Positions 1 to 13,100 of a stretch of 39,025 nt of DNA are shown one piece after another. Position numbers and translations under genes: made by a program. Under the pieces are notes generated by a model. It was not told the origin of the DNA, did not search any database, and worked only from the letters and a program-made list of their open reading frames with translations. Where the stretch lies: the NCBI GenBank assembly GCA_032718475.1, contig JAUCBJ010006044.1:1-39025 (forward strand), in the 5' to 3' direction. This DNA comes from Nemertoderma westbladi (Eukaryota > Animalia > Xenacoelomorpha). Each line of letters opens with the position of its first letter. The first letter of the stretch is position 1.

Positions 1-886
1 GGTAGTAACATTAGCGGATTACTGGTAGTAACATTAGCGGATTACTGGTAGTAACATTAGCGGATTACTGGTAGTAACATTAGCGGATTACTGGTAGTAA
101 CATTAGCGGATTACTGGTAGTAACATTAGCGGATTACTGGTAGTAGTAACATTAGCGGATTACTGATAGTAACATTAGCGGATTACTGGTAGTAACATTA
201 GCGGATTACTGGTAGTAACATTAGCGGATTACTGGTAGTAACATTAGCGGATTACTGGCAGTAACATTAGCGGATTACTGGTAGTAACATTAGCGGATTA
301 CTGGTAGTAACATTAGCGGATTACTGGTAGTAACATTAGCGGATTACTGGTAGTAACATTAAGCGGATTACTGGTAGTAACATTAGCGGATTACTGGTAG
401 TAACATTAGCGGATTACTGGTAGTAACATTAGCGGATTACTGGTAGTAACATTAGCGGATTACTGGTAGTAACATTAGCGGATTACTGGTAGTAACATTA
501 GCGGATTACTGGTAGTAACATTAGCGGATTACTGGTAGTAACATTAGCGGATTACTGGTAGTAACATTAGCGGTTTACTGGTAGTAACATTAGCGGATAA
601 CTGGTAGTAACATTAGCGGTTTACTGGTAGTAACATTAGCGGATTACTGGTAGTAACATTAACGGATTACTGGTAGTAACATTAGCGGATTACTGGTAGT
701 AACATTAGCGGATTACTGGTAGTAGTAACATTAGCGGATTATTGGTAGTAACATTAGCGGGTTACTGGTAGTAACATTAGCGGATTACTGGTAGTAACAT
801 TAGCTTATTACTGGTAGTAACATTAGCGGATTACTGGTAGTAACATTAGCAGATTACTGGTAGTAACATTAGCGGATTACTGGTAG
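1..886. repeat. Minisatellite, 23-bp unit, at least 38 copies, truncated by window edge
   Basis: Unit ggtagtaacattagcggattact. Confidence 0.98.
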
Positions 887-893
887 AAGTTTG

Positions 894-1134
894 TTAACTC
901 AGTAGGTCTATAACGTTTTGTAACCGGTGGAATATTTTCTGTGACTCATTATTATTCGAGTTGTCTCTGAACTCCTTGAGGAGGTCTACCCTGTACTTGT
1001 TGACGTATTGAAACAGTTCGTTTAGCGCGGCTTTCATATTGAACTCGTTAAGGTGCTGATTGGATTCCTCCGCCATCGCCGCATCCATGTCTTGGTCGCT
1101 CACTGTAGGCATATTGGCTATGTCTTTCATATAC
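894..1134 (-). CDS. PlexA: Plexin terminal coding exon
   Basis: tcccag|G TAT ATG AAA GAC gives (K)[16 protein letters not shown]...IDLLS; TAA at 896-894. Confidence 0.93.
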
Positions 1135-4100
1135 CTGGGAATACAAGTAGAATAAATAAATAAAATTACAAATCCAGCTAGTGGGTCCTCAGCACGAACA
1201 AGGCTTATTGGTTGCAGCAGGACTGTAAGTCATCGTCCGCCTGCCCTGCTATAATATTTCTATAATTATAAATGTTTGCTGAGGACCTACCTCAGTTTTG
1301 ACTCGCCCCACAACTAACAACGAACCATAACAATTGAGCAGTCCTTACAATACATCATGATGGTCAACCCACCACGCACTCGGCGTATATACCGTATAAA
1401 AAAGCCAACTTGGTATGGTATAAAGGCTTACGTAAAGGTCACATTGGTATAAAGGCTTACAGTAAAGGCCACCTTGGTATAAAGGCTTACAGTAAAGGCC
1501 ACCTTGGTATAAAGGCTTACAGTAAAGGCCACCTTGGTATAAAGGCTTACAGTAAAGGCCACTTTGGTATAAAGGCTTACAGTAAAGGCCACCTTGGTAT
1601 AAAGGCTTACAGTAAAGGCCACCTTGGTATAAAGGCTTACAGTAAAGGCCACCTTGGTATAAAGGCTTACAGTAAAGGCCACCTTGGTATAAAGGCTTAC
1701 AGTAAAGGGCACCTTGGTATAAAGGCTTACAGTAAAGGCCACCTTGGTATAAAGGCTTACAGTAAAGGCCACCTTGGTATAAAGGCTTACAGTAAAAGCC
1801 ACCTTGGTATAAAGGCTTACAGTAAAGGCCACCTTGGTATAAAGGCTTAAAAGGCCACCTTGGTATAAAGGCTTACGTAAAGGCCACCTTGGTATGGTAT
1901 AAAGGCTTACGTAAAGGTCACCTTGGTATAAAGGCTTACAGTAAAGGCCACCTTGGTATGGTATAAAGGCTTACAGTAAAGGCCACCTTGGTATAAAGGC
2001 TTACAGTAAAGGCCACCTTGGTATAAAGGCTTACAGTAAAGGGCACCTTGGTATAAAGGCTTACAGTAAAGGCCACCTTGGTATAAAGGCTTACAGTAAA
2101 GGCCACCTTGGTATAAAGGCTTACAGTAAAGGCCACCTTGGTATAAAGGCTTAAAAGGCCACCTTGGTATAAAGGCTTACAGTAAAGGCCACCTTGGTAT
2201 AAAGGCTTACAGTAAAGGCCACCTTGGTATAAAGGCTTACAGTTAAGGCCACCTTGGAATAAAGGCTTACAGTAAAGGCCACCTTGGTATAAAGGCTTAC
2301 AGTAAAGGCCACCTTGGTATAAAGGCTTACAGTAAAGGCAACCTTGGTATAAAGGCTTACAGTAAAGGCCACCTTGGTATAAAGGCTTACAGTAAAGGCC
2401 ACCTTGGTATAAAGGCTTACAGTAAAGGCCACCTTGGTATAAACGCTTACAGTAAAGGCCACCTTGGTATAAAGGCTTACAGGTAAGGCCACCTTGGTAT
2501 AAAGGCTTACAGTAAAGGCCACCTTGGTATAAAGGCTTACAGTAAAGGCCACCTTGGTATAAAGACTTACAGTTAAGGCCACCTTGGTATAAAGGCTTAC
2601 AGTAAAGGCCACCTTGGTATAAAGGCTTACAGTAAAGGCCACCTTGGTATAAAGGCTTACAATAAAGGCCACCTTGGTATAAAGGCTTACAGTAAAGGCC
2701 ACCTTGGTATAAAGACTTACAGTTAAGGCCACCTTGGTATAAAGGCTTACAGTAAAGGCCACCTTGGTATAAAGGCTTACAGTAAAGGCCACCTTGGTAT
2801 AAAGACTTACAGTTAAGGCCACCTTGGTATAAAGGCTTACAGTAAAGGCCACCTTGGTATAAAGGCTTACAGTAAAGGCCACCTTGGTATAAAGGCTTAC
2901 AATAAAGGCCACCTTGGTATAAAGGCTTACAGTAAAGGCCACCTTGGTATAAAGACTTACAGTTAAGGCCACCTTGGTATAAAGGCTTACAGTAAAGGCC
3001 ACCTTGGTATAAAGGCTTACAGTAAAGGCCACCTTGGTATAAACGCTTACAGTAAAGGCCACCTTGGTATAAAGGCTTACAGTAAAGGCCACCTTGGTAT
3101 AAAGGCTTACAGTTAAGGCCACCTTGGTATAAAGGCTTACAGTAAAGGCCACCTTGGTATAAAGGCTTACAGTAAAGGCCACCTTGGTATAAAGGCTTAC
3201 AGTAAAGGCCACCTTGGTATAAAGGCTTACAGTTAAGGCCACCTTGGTATAAAGGCTTACAGTAAAGGCCACCTTGGTATAAAGGCTTACAGTAAAGGCC
3301 ACCTTGGTATAAAGGCTTACAGTAAAGGCCACCTTGGTATAAAGGCTTACAGTAAAGGCCAAACTATCAGTTTGTTACTCACTTTTGTACCCATCCCTTA
3401 TAGATGGGAATATCTTTAGCGTATAGTAATTTACTACTTGGTGAATCCTTAGACAATTGGTGGTCAGTGGTGGAACAGGAATCCATAAATATCTGAGCGA
3501 TCACAGATAAACAAGAGTCAACTGTTTGAGATTTGTTAACATCGAACACGAAATTAGGATTCTTTATAATGTTCACCCAAAACCTCAAAGGCAAACTAAA
3601 AAAATAGAAGAAGATCAATTAAAATTATTAACTATATTTACTACTGAGTATACAAATAATGATTTATTGAAGGAGAGATCAGATCTAGATGTGCATTAAC
3701 AATACCATTTATGGTACACCTCTAGTATGCTCCCACCTGATAGTTTTCATAGACCCGATAGAACCACATAGAATTTTCACGTCCCGATATGGAATGTAAG
3801 TTTGAACCACGTCCCGATATTGTATGGAAGTATGAACAATAACCCGTATGGTATATTCCCACCTTATAATAATTAATTGTCTAAGTATGAACCACGCCCC
3901 GATATGTTGTCCCCACCCACCTCGACCTCCTAAGAACCACGCCCCGCTATGTTGTCCCAACCCACTCCATCCTCTAAGAACCACGCCCCGCTATGTTGTC
4001 CCAACCCACCTCCATCCTCTAAGAACCACGCCCGTTATGTTGTCCCCACCCACCTCCACCCTCTAAGAACCACGCCCCGTTATGTTGTCCCCACCCACCT

Positions 4101-7100
4101 CCACCCTCTAAGAACCACGCCCCGTTATGTTGTCCCCACCCACCTCGACCTCCTAAGAACCACGCCCCGCTATGTTGTCCCAACCCACCTCCATCCTCTA
4201 AGAACCACGCCCGTTATGTTGTCCCCACCCACCTCCACCCTCTAAGAACCACGCCCCGTTATGTTGTCCCCACCCACCTCGACCTCCTAAGAACCACGCC
4301 CCGATATGTTGTCCCCACCCACCTCCACCCTCTAAGAACCACGCCCCGATATGTTGTCCCCACCCACCTCCACCCTCTAAGAACCACGCCCCGTTATGTT
4401 GTCCCCACCCACCTCCACCCTCTAAGAACCACGCCCGTTATGTTGTCCACACCCACCTCGACCTCCTAAGAACCACGCCCCGCTATGTTGTCCCCACCCA
4501 CCTCCACCCTCTAAGAACTACGCCCCGTTATGTTATCCCCACCCACCTCCACCCTCTAAAAACCACGCCGTTATGTTGTCCCCACCCACCTCGACCTCCT
4601 AAGAACCACGCCCGTTTATGTTGTCCCCACCCACCTCCACCCTCTAAGAACCACGCCCGTTATGTTGTCCCCACCCACCTCGACCCTCTAAGAACCACGC
4701 TCCGATATGTTGTCCCCACCCACCTCCACCCTCTAAGAACCACGCCCCGATATGTTGTCCCCACCCACCTCCACCCTCTAAGAACCACGCTCCGATATGT
4801 TGTCCCCACCCACCTCCACCCTCTAAGAACCACGCCCCGATATGTTGTCCCCACCCACCTCCACCCCCTAAGAACCACGCTCCGATATGTTGTCCCCAGC
4901 CACCTCCACCCTCTAAGAACCACGCCCCGATATGTTGTCCCCACCCACCTCCACCCTCTAAGAACCACGCCCCGATATGTTGTCCCCACCCACCTCCACC
5001 CCCTAAGAACCACGCTCCGATATGTTGTCCCCAGCCACCTCCACCCTCTAAGAACCACGCTCCGATATGTTGTCCCCACCCACCTCCACCCTCTAAGAAC
5101 CACGCCCCGATATGTTGTCCCCACCCACCTCCACCCTCTAAGAACCACGCCCCGTTATGTTGTCCCCACCCACCTCCACCCTCTAAGAACCACGCCCGTT
5201 ATGTTGTCCCCACCCACCTCGACCTTCTAAGAACCACGCCCCGATATGTTGTCCCCACCCACCTCCACCCCCTAAGAACCACGCCCCGATATGTTGTCCC
5301 CACCCACCTCCACCCTCTAAGAACCACGCCCGTTATGTTGTCCCCACCCACCTCCACCCTCTAAGAACCACGCCCCGATATGTTGTCCCCACCCACCTCC
5401 ACCCTATAAGAACCACGCCCCGATATGTTGTCCCCACCCACCTCCACCCTCTAAGAACCACGCCCGTTATGTTGTCCCCACCCACCTCCACCCTCTAAGA
5501 ACCACGCCCCGCTATGTTGTCCCCACCCACCTCGACCTCCTAAGAACCACGCCCCGCTATGTTGTCCCCACCCACCTCCACCCTCTAAGAACTACGCCCC
5601 GTTATGTTATCCCCACCCACCTCCACCCTCTAAAAACCACGCCGTTATGTTGTCCCCACCCACCTCCACCCTCTAAGAACCACCCCCCGATATGTTGTCC
5701 CCACCCACCTCCACCCCCTAAGAACCACGCCCCGATATGTTGTCCCCAGCCACCTCCACCCTCTAAGAACCACGCCCCGATATGTTGTCCCCACCCACCT
5801 CCACCCTCTAAGAACCACGCCCGTTATGTTGTCCCCACCCACCTCCACCCCCTAAGAACCACGCCCCGATATGTTGTCCCCAGCCACCTCCACCCTCTAA
5901 GAACCACGCCCCGATATGTTGTCCCCACCCACCTCCACCCTCTAAGAACCACGCCCCGTTATGTTGTCCCCACCCACCTCCACCCTCTAAGAACCACGCC
6001 CGTTATGTTGTCCCCACCCACCTCCACCCTCTAAGAACCACGCCCCGATATGTTGTTCCCACCCACCTGTTACTTTTCCAAGTATGGACCACATCGCGAT
6101 CTGGTATGTTCCTTCTTTGGGCCTCTGCGTCGAGGAAGTCGAACAGGTATTTGATAGCGATGGGCAGAGCGCAGGATTTATGCGACGCCGAGAAGATTGT
6201 ATCGAACAAGTCGTCCACGTATTTCTGGAGAGTGCCCTTGGTTGACAGGAGACGGGTTAGGTATATCTCTGTGACCAACTTAGAGGAGCGGTCGCCTGGC
6301 ACCCTCGACTTATAGTCTGCCGAATCCAGTGGTTTTACCTTAAATTCAATATAATTATGTAGGATTACTGGTCCCATAAATGAAGTTTCAAAATTCAAGT
6401 GAAATTGTTTTACATTATTTTCTAATAAATATCAAGAAAATTAAACACTGTGGCACCGTCCGTCACAAATTACCAAGCATCGCCAAAAATTTCAATAGTG
6501 TTGCATTTTCGTTATTTATTCTATTCATAAACCATTTTTAAAACTATACAAGCGGAGATGGGAATATGTCTGAACATGCTACCCATTGTGTGTGATAATT
6601 ATGTGAACAAACAAAATCATAAATAAGAAACTATCCAGAACTAGCTAGTTAGAGAAGTTAACTTTGTGTTAGTCTATAGATTAATGATGATGATCTGCTT
6701 GTACTAAGGTGCAGTGCCGGCGGACCCAGCGACATAGCGCCCCCTAATGGCAGACCCAGCAACATAGCGCCCCAGATCTCACGTTCAGCCATACACAGTA
6801 CAGGCGGACCCAGAAACATCGCGCCCCAGATCTCACCGTCAGCCACACACAGTGCCGGCGGACCCAGAAACAGAGCGCCCCCAGATCTCACGGTCAGCCA
6901 CACACAGTGCCGGCGGACCCAGCAACATACCGACCCCAGATCTCACGGTCAGCCACACACAGTGCCGGCGGACCCAGCAACATAGCGACCCCAGATCTCA
7001 CGGTCAGCCACACAAAGTGCCGGCGGACCCAGCAACATTGCGCCCCCAGATCTCACGGTCAGCCACACAAAGTGCCGGCAGACCCAGCAACATAGCGCCC

Positions 7101-10100
7101 CCAGATCTCACTGTCAGCCACACACAGTGTCGGCGGACCCAGCAACATAGCGCCCCCAGATCTCACGGTCAGCCACACACAGTGCCGGAGGACCCAGCAA
7201 CATAGCGCCCCCAGATCTCACGGTCAGCCACACACAGTACCGGCGGACCCAGCAACATACCGACCCCAGATCTCACGTCAGCCACACATAGTGCCTGCGG
7301 ACCCAGCAACATAGCGACCCCAGATCTCACGGTCAGCCACACAAAGTGCCGGCGGACCCAGCAACATTGCGCCCCCAGATCTCACGGTCAGCCACACATA
7401 GTGCCTGCGGACCCAGCAACATAGAGCCCCCGGATCTCACGGTCAGCCACACACAGTGCCGGCGGACCCAGCAACATAGCGCCCCCAGATCTCACGGTCA
7501 GGCACACGCAGTGCCGGCGGACCCAGCAACATAGCGACCCCAGATCTCACGGTCAGCCACACACAGTGCCGGCGGACCCAGCAACATAGCGCCCCAGATC
7601 TCACGTTCAGCCATACACAGTGTCAGAGGATCCAGCAACATAGCGCCCAAGATCTCACGGTCAGCCACACACAGTGCCGGCGGACCCAGCAACATAGCGC
7701 CCCCAGATCTCGCGGTCAGCCACACGCAGTGCCGGCGGACCCAGCAACATAGCGCCCCCAGATCTCACGGTCAGCCACACACAGTGCCGGCGCACCCTGC
7801 AACATAGCGCCCCCAGATCTCACGGTCAGCCACACATTTTCCCAGTTCATCCCTATACTCAAGTCCGGTGTCCTTGAGTAGGCGTTTGAGGAAAGTCATT
7901 GGATGGCCACACACCATGCTTATTCTCACCAGCAGGCTACCGCAACACAACGTTGTGTTGTGTACAGGTTGATACTGCTGGCGAAAACAGTGCAGCAACC
8001 TTCAGGTGGCGTCTCTGCAGGGTGATTCTCCCACACCTCATTGCTTATGAGTGCATCATAGGCAATGTTGTGCTGTGGACCCTGCGCAGCATCCTCTACC
8101 ATCCAGAGCCCAGCATGGGCTGCCCTAGAGCAGCACGTGCTCCACCGCTGCACGGGAAAGGCGCACCTTTAAAGCGCATGAGATATCAGACTAGGCTCCG
8201 GATAGCTTGTGGATGGCAGACCAGATTAATGAGAAAATGAGATTTAACATGAATAAACAAACATGTTAAATACAAATACATAGACAATAGATGGTTAGCA
8301 TTAGGGGGGAAGCAGTACTACAGAGACAAGAAATGGAAATACAATAATTATTAAGTTAGTAATTACCAAATGCCAATATTTGACAGTAAATCCTTCCGTG
8401 TCACTGAGCATAGGAATAGACTGCGAAAGATTATCTGCAGTTCAGTAGAGGAATTCCAATCAAACGCAGCGAATGAAAAGAAAAAACAATTAATAATTAA
8501 CCGCATGCGCATAATGAGATGTTAATGAACCGAAATATATCGGGATTGGTTATAGTCCGTACCAGATGGTAAGTGTTGGGCGGCGGGTTGGGGCTCAGGG
8601 GGGCCAAGGTTCCGGCCTCTCGCATCGGGGGAGGAGAACCCCGACTCAACGAACTCGCGTCCCGGGAATGGCTGATGATCGGGGCCGTAGATGCGCAGGA
8701 GTCCGACGGACTCGGACTTATAAACCGCTGTTTCGCTGCAAATTATTCCAGAATAATTAATTCTAACTACATCCAATTTAAATAAACGATATTTTTCGAG
8801 TGGGGATATTTACACGGGGACAATACGAACGTCAGTGACGTACACTGGTAATAATATTTAACAGCTGCATACAGCTAAATCCAGGCATCTGACTAGAATA
8901 CTGAGACACACACAAGTTGGATTTGCAAAGCTTTCATAAAGTTCTCAGGAAGGGCCCCATTCTACAGAGACTATATACTATGTGGCTTGACCCAGACGTT
9001 AACTCACTGTAGTTCTTGTTGTTTGGCAAGGCGGTATTAAAGGTGGGTTGTTTGAGAACCAGCGCCACCTTGGACTCATCTGGGACTCCGTAGTGTGCAA
9101 GTGTACAGAGACGACGGGTGTCTGAGTCAGCTGATCGCACAACCGGGTCTATATCCAACAGGATCAATCGGCTCTGCTGACCAGATCGAAGTTCTAGAAC
9201 ATAAAAACAATAACATTTATCAAAGTTTCAGTAAGTACACAACACAGTATATCTCGCAAACTGTATGTTTTCCTATTGCTTCTTATTTTTATATATCGGC
9301 AACCCAATTAACAATTATATATAATACGTAGCTAACTATTATCTAGAAAGAAAAAATACTACTAACAATTATACAAAAGTTATAATAAAAAGGTTAAATA
9401 AGTTATTGAAGCACAAATATGTCGTTGATAAAACAAAACTATACAGTTGTTAAATGTTATAAAATAATAGAATACAGACCCATCTCCATGTCATCAATAC
9501 GTGGCAGTTTATCGCTTGGTGTGTTCTTGTACAACGCGTCGACGATTTTCTCTTTGACTTGGCAAATACTATCGCAGTCCAACACTTTAACTCTAAATGG
9601 ACTTGTATACACATCAGTTCCAATGCAAACAATATTGAGATGCTGAAATCATAAGGCAGTACTTACTATAATGATCATCTGGGGGCCAAATTTATGTTAT
9701 ATTAAAAATCAATTTTAAAATGAACATTTTAACGTAGCAAAAAATTATTAACTATTCACTAAAAACACTCCGAACAAACATTAGTTATATAACTAGCAAT
9801 TTCGTATTTATAATTTGATATAGCGTTGAATAAAAGTATTGGTCAAAATTTATGGTTATTTTAATTATTTCATAATTTATTATCAAATTAATTAATTATT
9901 TTCATATTTTTTTCAAAAAGTTGCATTTTCGTTTTCGTTAGCATCATTCAAAAATTCGTTTATTTTATAATAAATATTTTATAATTTTATATATAACTTT
10001 TGAAAATTTTTATACAACTTTTGATAACGAAAATGGTGCTTTAGCGTTAATTAGCGTTATGATCAAAATTTTAAATTTCCGACCATGATACTTTTGAAGA

Positions 10101-13100
10101 TACCAGGCATTGTGGTTACTCTGTCCAAATCTCACCAAAAAATATTAAAAATTGGCAAAAGAGTAGCATTTTATGTTTATTTAGAATGAAAAGTTCCATT
10201 ACGAGATAATTGCCTTTAGAGTTTGAACCTTCCCGCGCAAAAACTATTTGTTAAGGCTCGTTTCCGCGCTGCTTTTTTTTGTGCGGTATTCTGAGCTTTT
10301 TTTTTGAGCTGTTTATCTAGCTTTGTTTTGAGCTTTTTTCAATCTTTTTATTAAGTTTTTTTTCAAGCTTCATTTTGACCTTTTTTTGAGTTCTTTTTGA
10401 GTTTTATTCTATATTTTAGTTTTTAAGATTCCAAAATTATCAGATTCACCCTGAAACAATTAATTTCTAGAAATTGTTTTAACTAAAAAAATGCTTGAAA
10501 TAAAGCTCAAAAAAGCAGCGCGGAAACGGGCCTTTAAAATATGAGAATGTCTGTCAATATTAAATATCTAGCAACAAGAAAGCACATAACCGTGCTCAGA
10601 TTTTTGCTATGGGGATTTCATGGTCGATGATTTCATTTCTGAGGTCAGTTTTCACTGTTAATGAAATCTAGTTGTCTGTATGTCGGTCTTTCTAACTATC
10701 TGTCCGTCAAATATAATAAAAGGGCACACCATCTAGCTAAACGTTTAGCTATAGGGATTTTCCAGGTCGCAGAATTAATTTCGAGTGTCAGTTTTTAACA
10801 TTTGATGACTTCCAAATTGTCTTTTTTGTCGGTCAAACTGTCGGTTATATTTTGAGGGGCAGGACAAGTGCATACAAACAGAAACGACGAGGCCAAATTT
10901 GAATACTGACATCAGAAATGAAGTCACGGACCAAGAATACCCATATATAGGAAATTTTTTAGAAAGATAATATGCTTTTTATTGTTTTCGAGACATACTG
11001 ACAGACAGACCAGACCGATATTATTGGAATAGCGCTACCCCCCCCCCCCCCCCCCCATGACTTCCGACATCTCAGTCGCTCTTAACACGTTCTATTTAGA
11101 ACATAAGAGATTAATTGAGTATATAATAATACAAGAGTTTGAGTTTGATTCTAACAAATTCAACAATTTTAGAATATAGTTAGACTTTACTAAAATATTA
11201 TAGTAGCGATATATAGAATTTATAATTTGTGGCAGCTAGTCATTTTTTATGTTCGCTATGAAATAAGAACGAAAAATTATATATAATAATAATAATGTTT
11301 ATTAGTCCAAACATATGAAATTAAAAATGTAAACTAACACACTAAAATTGAGTGTTATATAAATAAATAAATAAAATGTAATTAACTAGTTTGTGTTAGG
11401 TTGGGCTCGGGTGAGGTTCTGAGGTATAGGGAACAGCGAATACGATTTGTGAATTTGGGCAATGATGGGCAATTCGAGAAGTGGTCCTTTGATGCACTTT
11501 CGTTACACTACCAGCAGACACAGGATTCCAAGGGCCTCCAACATTTGGAGGTAGTGCACAACTTATGATGGTATCCGTTTGATACGAGTTGGGCAGCAGA
11601 TCGTCGTCCTACACCAGTTAATTTTGAGAGATCCCTTTCGCTGCTGTTAGGGTCATCAATAGTAGCTAATATGGACTTATATCAAATATCAAATATTAAT
11701 ATGGAATTTTATATTATACAGACATAAAACACCCGTAGGCTATTATACTAAGTACAATATATTACACGTAAAAGTCATAATAGTATAAAAAGTAACCTAA
11801 TAATATATAATATAATAACAAGCAACTTACAATCACCCTGTGGTCTATCTGTTGGCGGATGAGTTTGTCTTCGTTCAAAGAATATCTCGCTTCCCCCGTT
11901 ATCTGGTCGACGGGGCCTTTCTCTACCTGGATTTTAATCGACTTATAGAGGAGAAACAGCGGGTCTCCGGCGCATTGAACCAGGAACTTATGGAGTAGAA
12001 ACGTTAGCCAGTTTGTCAACATCTTCTCGGCAACGTGTTCAGTTCTAGAAACATTAATTAAATAGCGAAAACATAAAAAATTAAATGTGTATTCGATAAA
12101 ATTAGATCGCTAAAGTTATATTTCTAAATCAACGAAAGACAACAGATCTCAAAATTTTCTATCAATAATTTTATTTTGAATCCTGCCAGTTGTATAATAC
12201 TAGTACCGGTAGATAATCAAAGGTTAACTTATTTAATAACAATACGTAAGTTATAATACAAAATGTCCAATTATATAATTATTTCAATTGTGATTATTGC
12301 TACTATTTCATCAACTATGGAGTCACCGATTGCTGTACTGACCGTGTCGACGGGCGATAGACCAAAATACCCAGATGGCTTAGACACAGCGAATATATCA
12401 GTTACCATGGTAACAATACACTACGGAGAAAACAACACCCTCCTGTGCAAATATAACGCGATACCAAAGAAATCAAAAGAAATCGTAAACGTCTGTCTCG
12501 AATCCGTAACAAAGTACAACACAAACTATTCAGATGTGGCATGTCGAAATGGAAAAGTTCCATCGCCAAAAAGATCACGCGGTTACGGAAATGCGATAAT
12601 AGAATCGAGTGCGGAAAATTCGAGGTTGTTTGCGATACCAAAGTTATTGCGGGTCAGACAGGGTCTATACGGATGTCGTCTCCATGGAAACCATTCGCTC
12701 CTTAGAAAATCCAGAAACGATGGCGCAACAGCATCGAGTACACCACCTAGCAACTCGGGAACAGAACGAGGTGAGTGCAATCAACAGCATCGAGTCCACC
12801 ACCTACCAACTCGGTCACAAAACGAGGTGAGTGCAATCAACAGCATCGAGTCCACCACCTACCAACTCGGTCACAGAACGAGGTGAGTGCAATCAACAGC
12901 ATCGAGTCCACCACCTACCAACTCGGTCACAAAACGAGGTGAGTGCAATCAACAGCATCGAGTCCACCACCTACCAACTCGGTCACAGAACGAGGTGAGT
13001 GCAATCAACAGCATCGAGTCCACCACCTACCAACTCGGTCACAGAACGAGGTGAGTGCAATCAACAGCATCGAGTCCACCACCTACCAACTCGGTCACAA

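Noticed and set aside
1410-5848. Long repetitive ORFs ([30 protein letters not shown])
   Set aside because: By-products of 30- and 45-bp units being multiples of 3; intronic; broken by indels
6658-7725. ORFs in the 55-bp array
   Set aside because: Repeat-derived, frame-shifting, no independent gene structure
8522-8785. ORF-track peptides at 8522-8776, 8566-8760 and 8573-8785
   Set aside because: Wrong frame or strand; the real plexin exon 8563-8735 uses another minus frame
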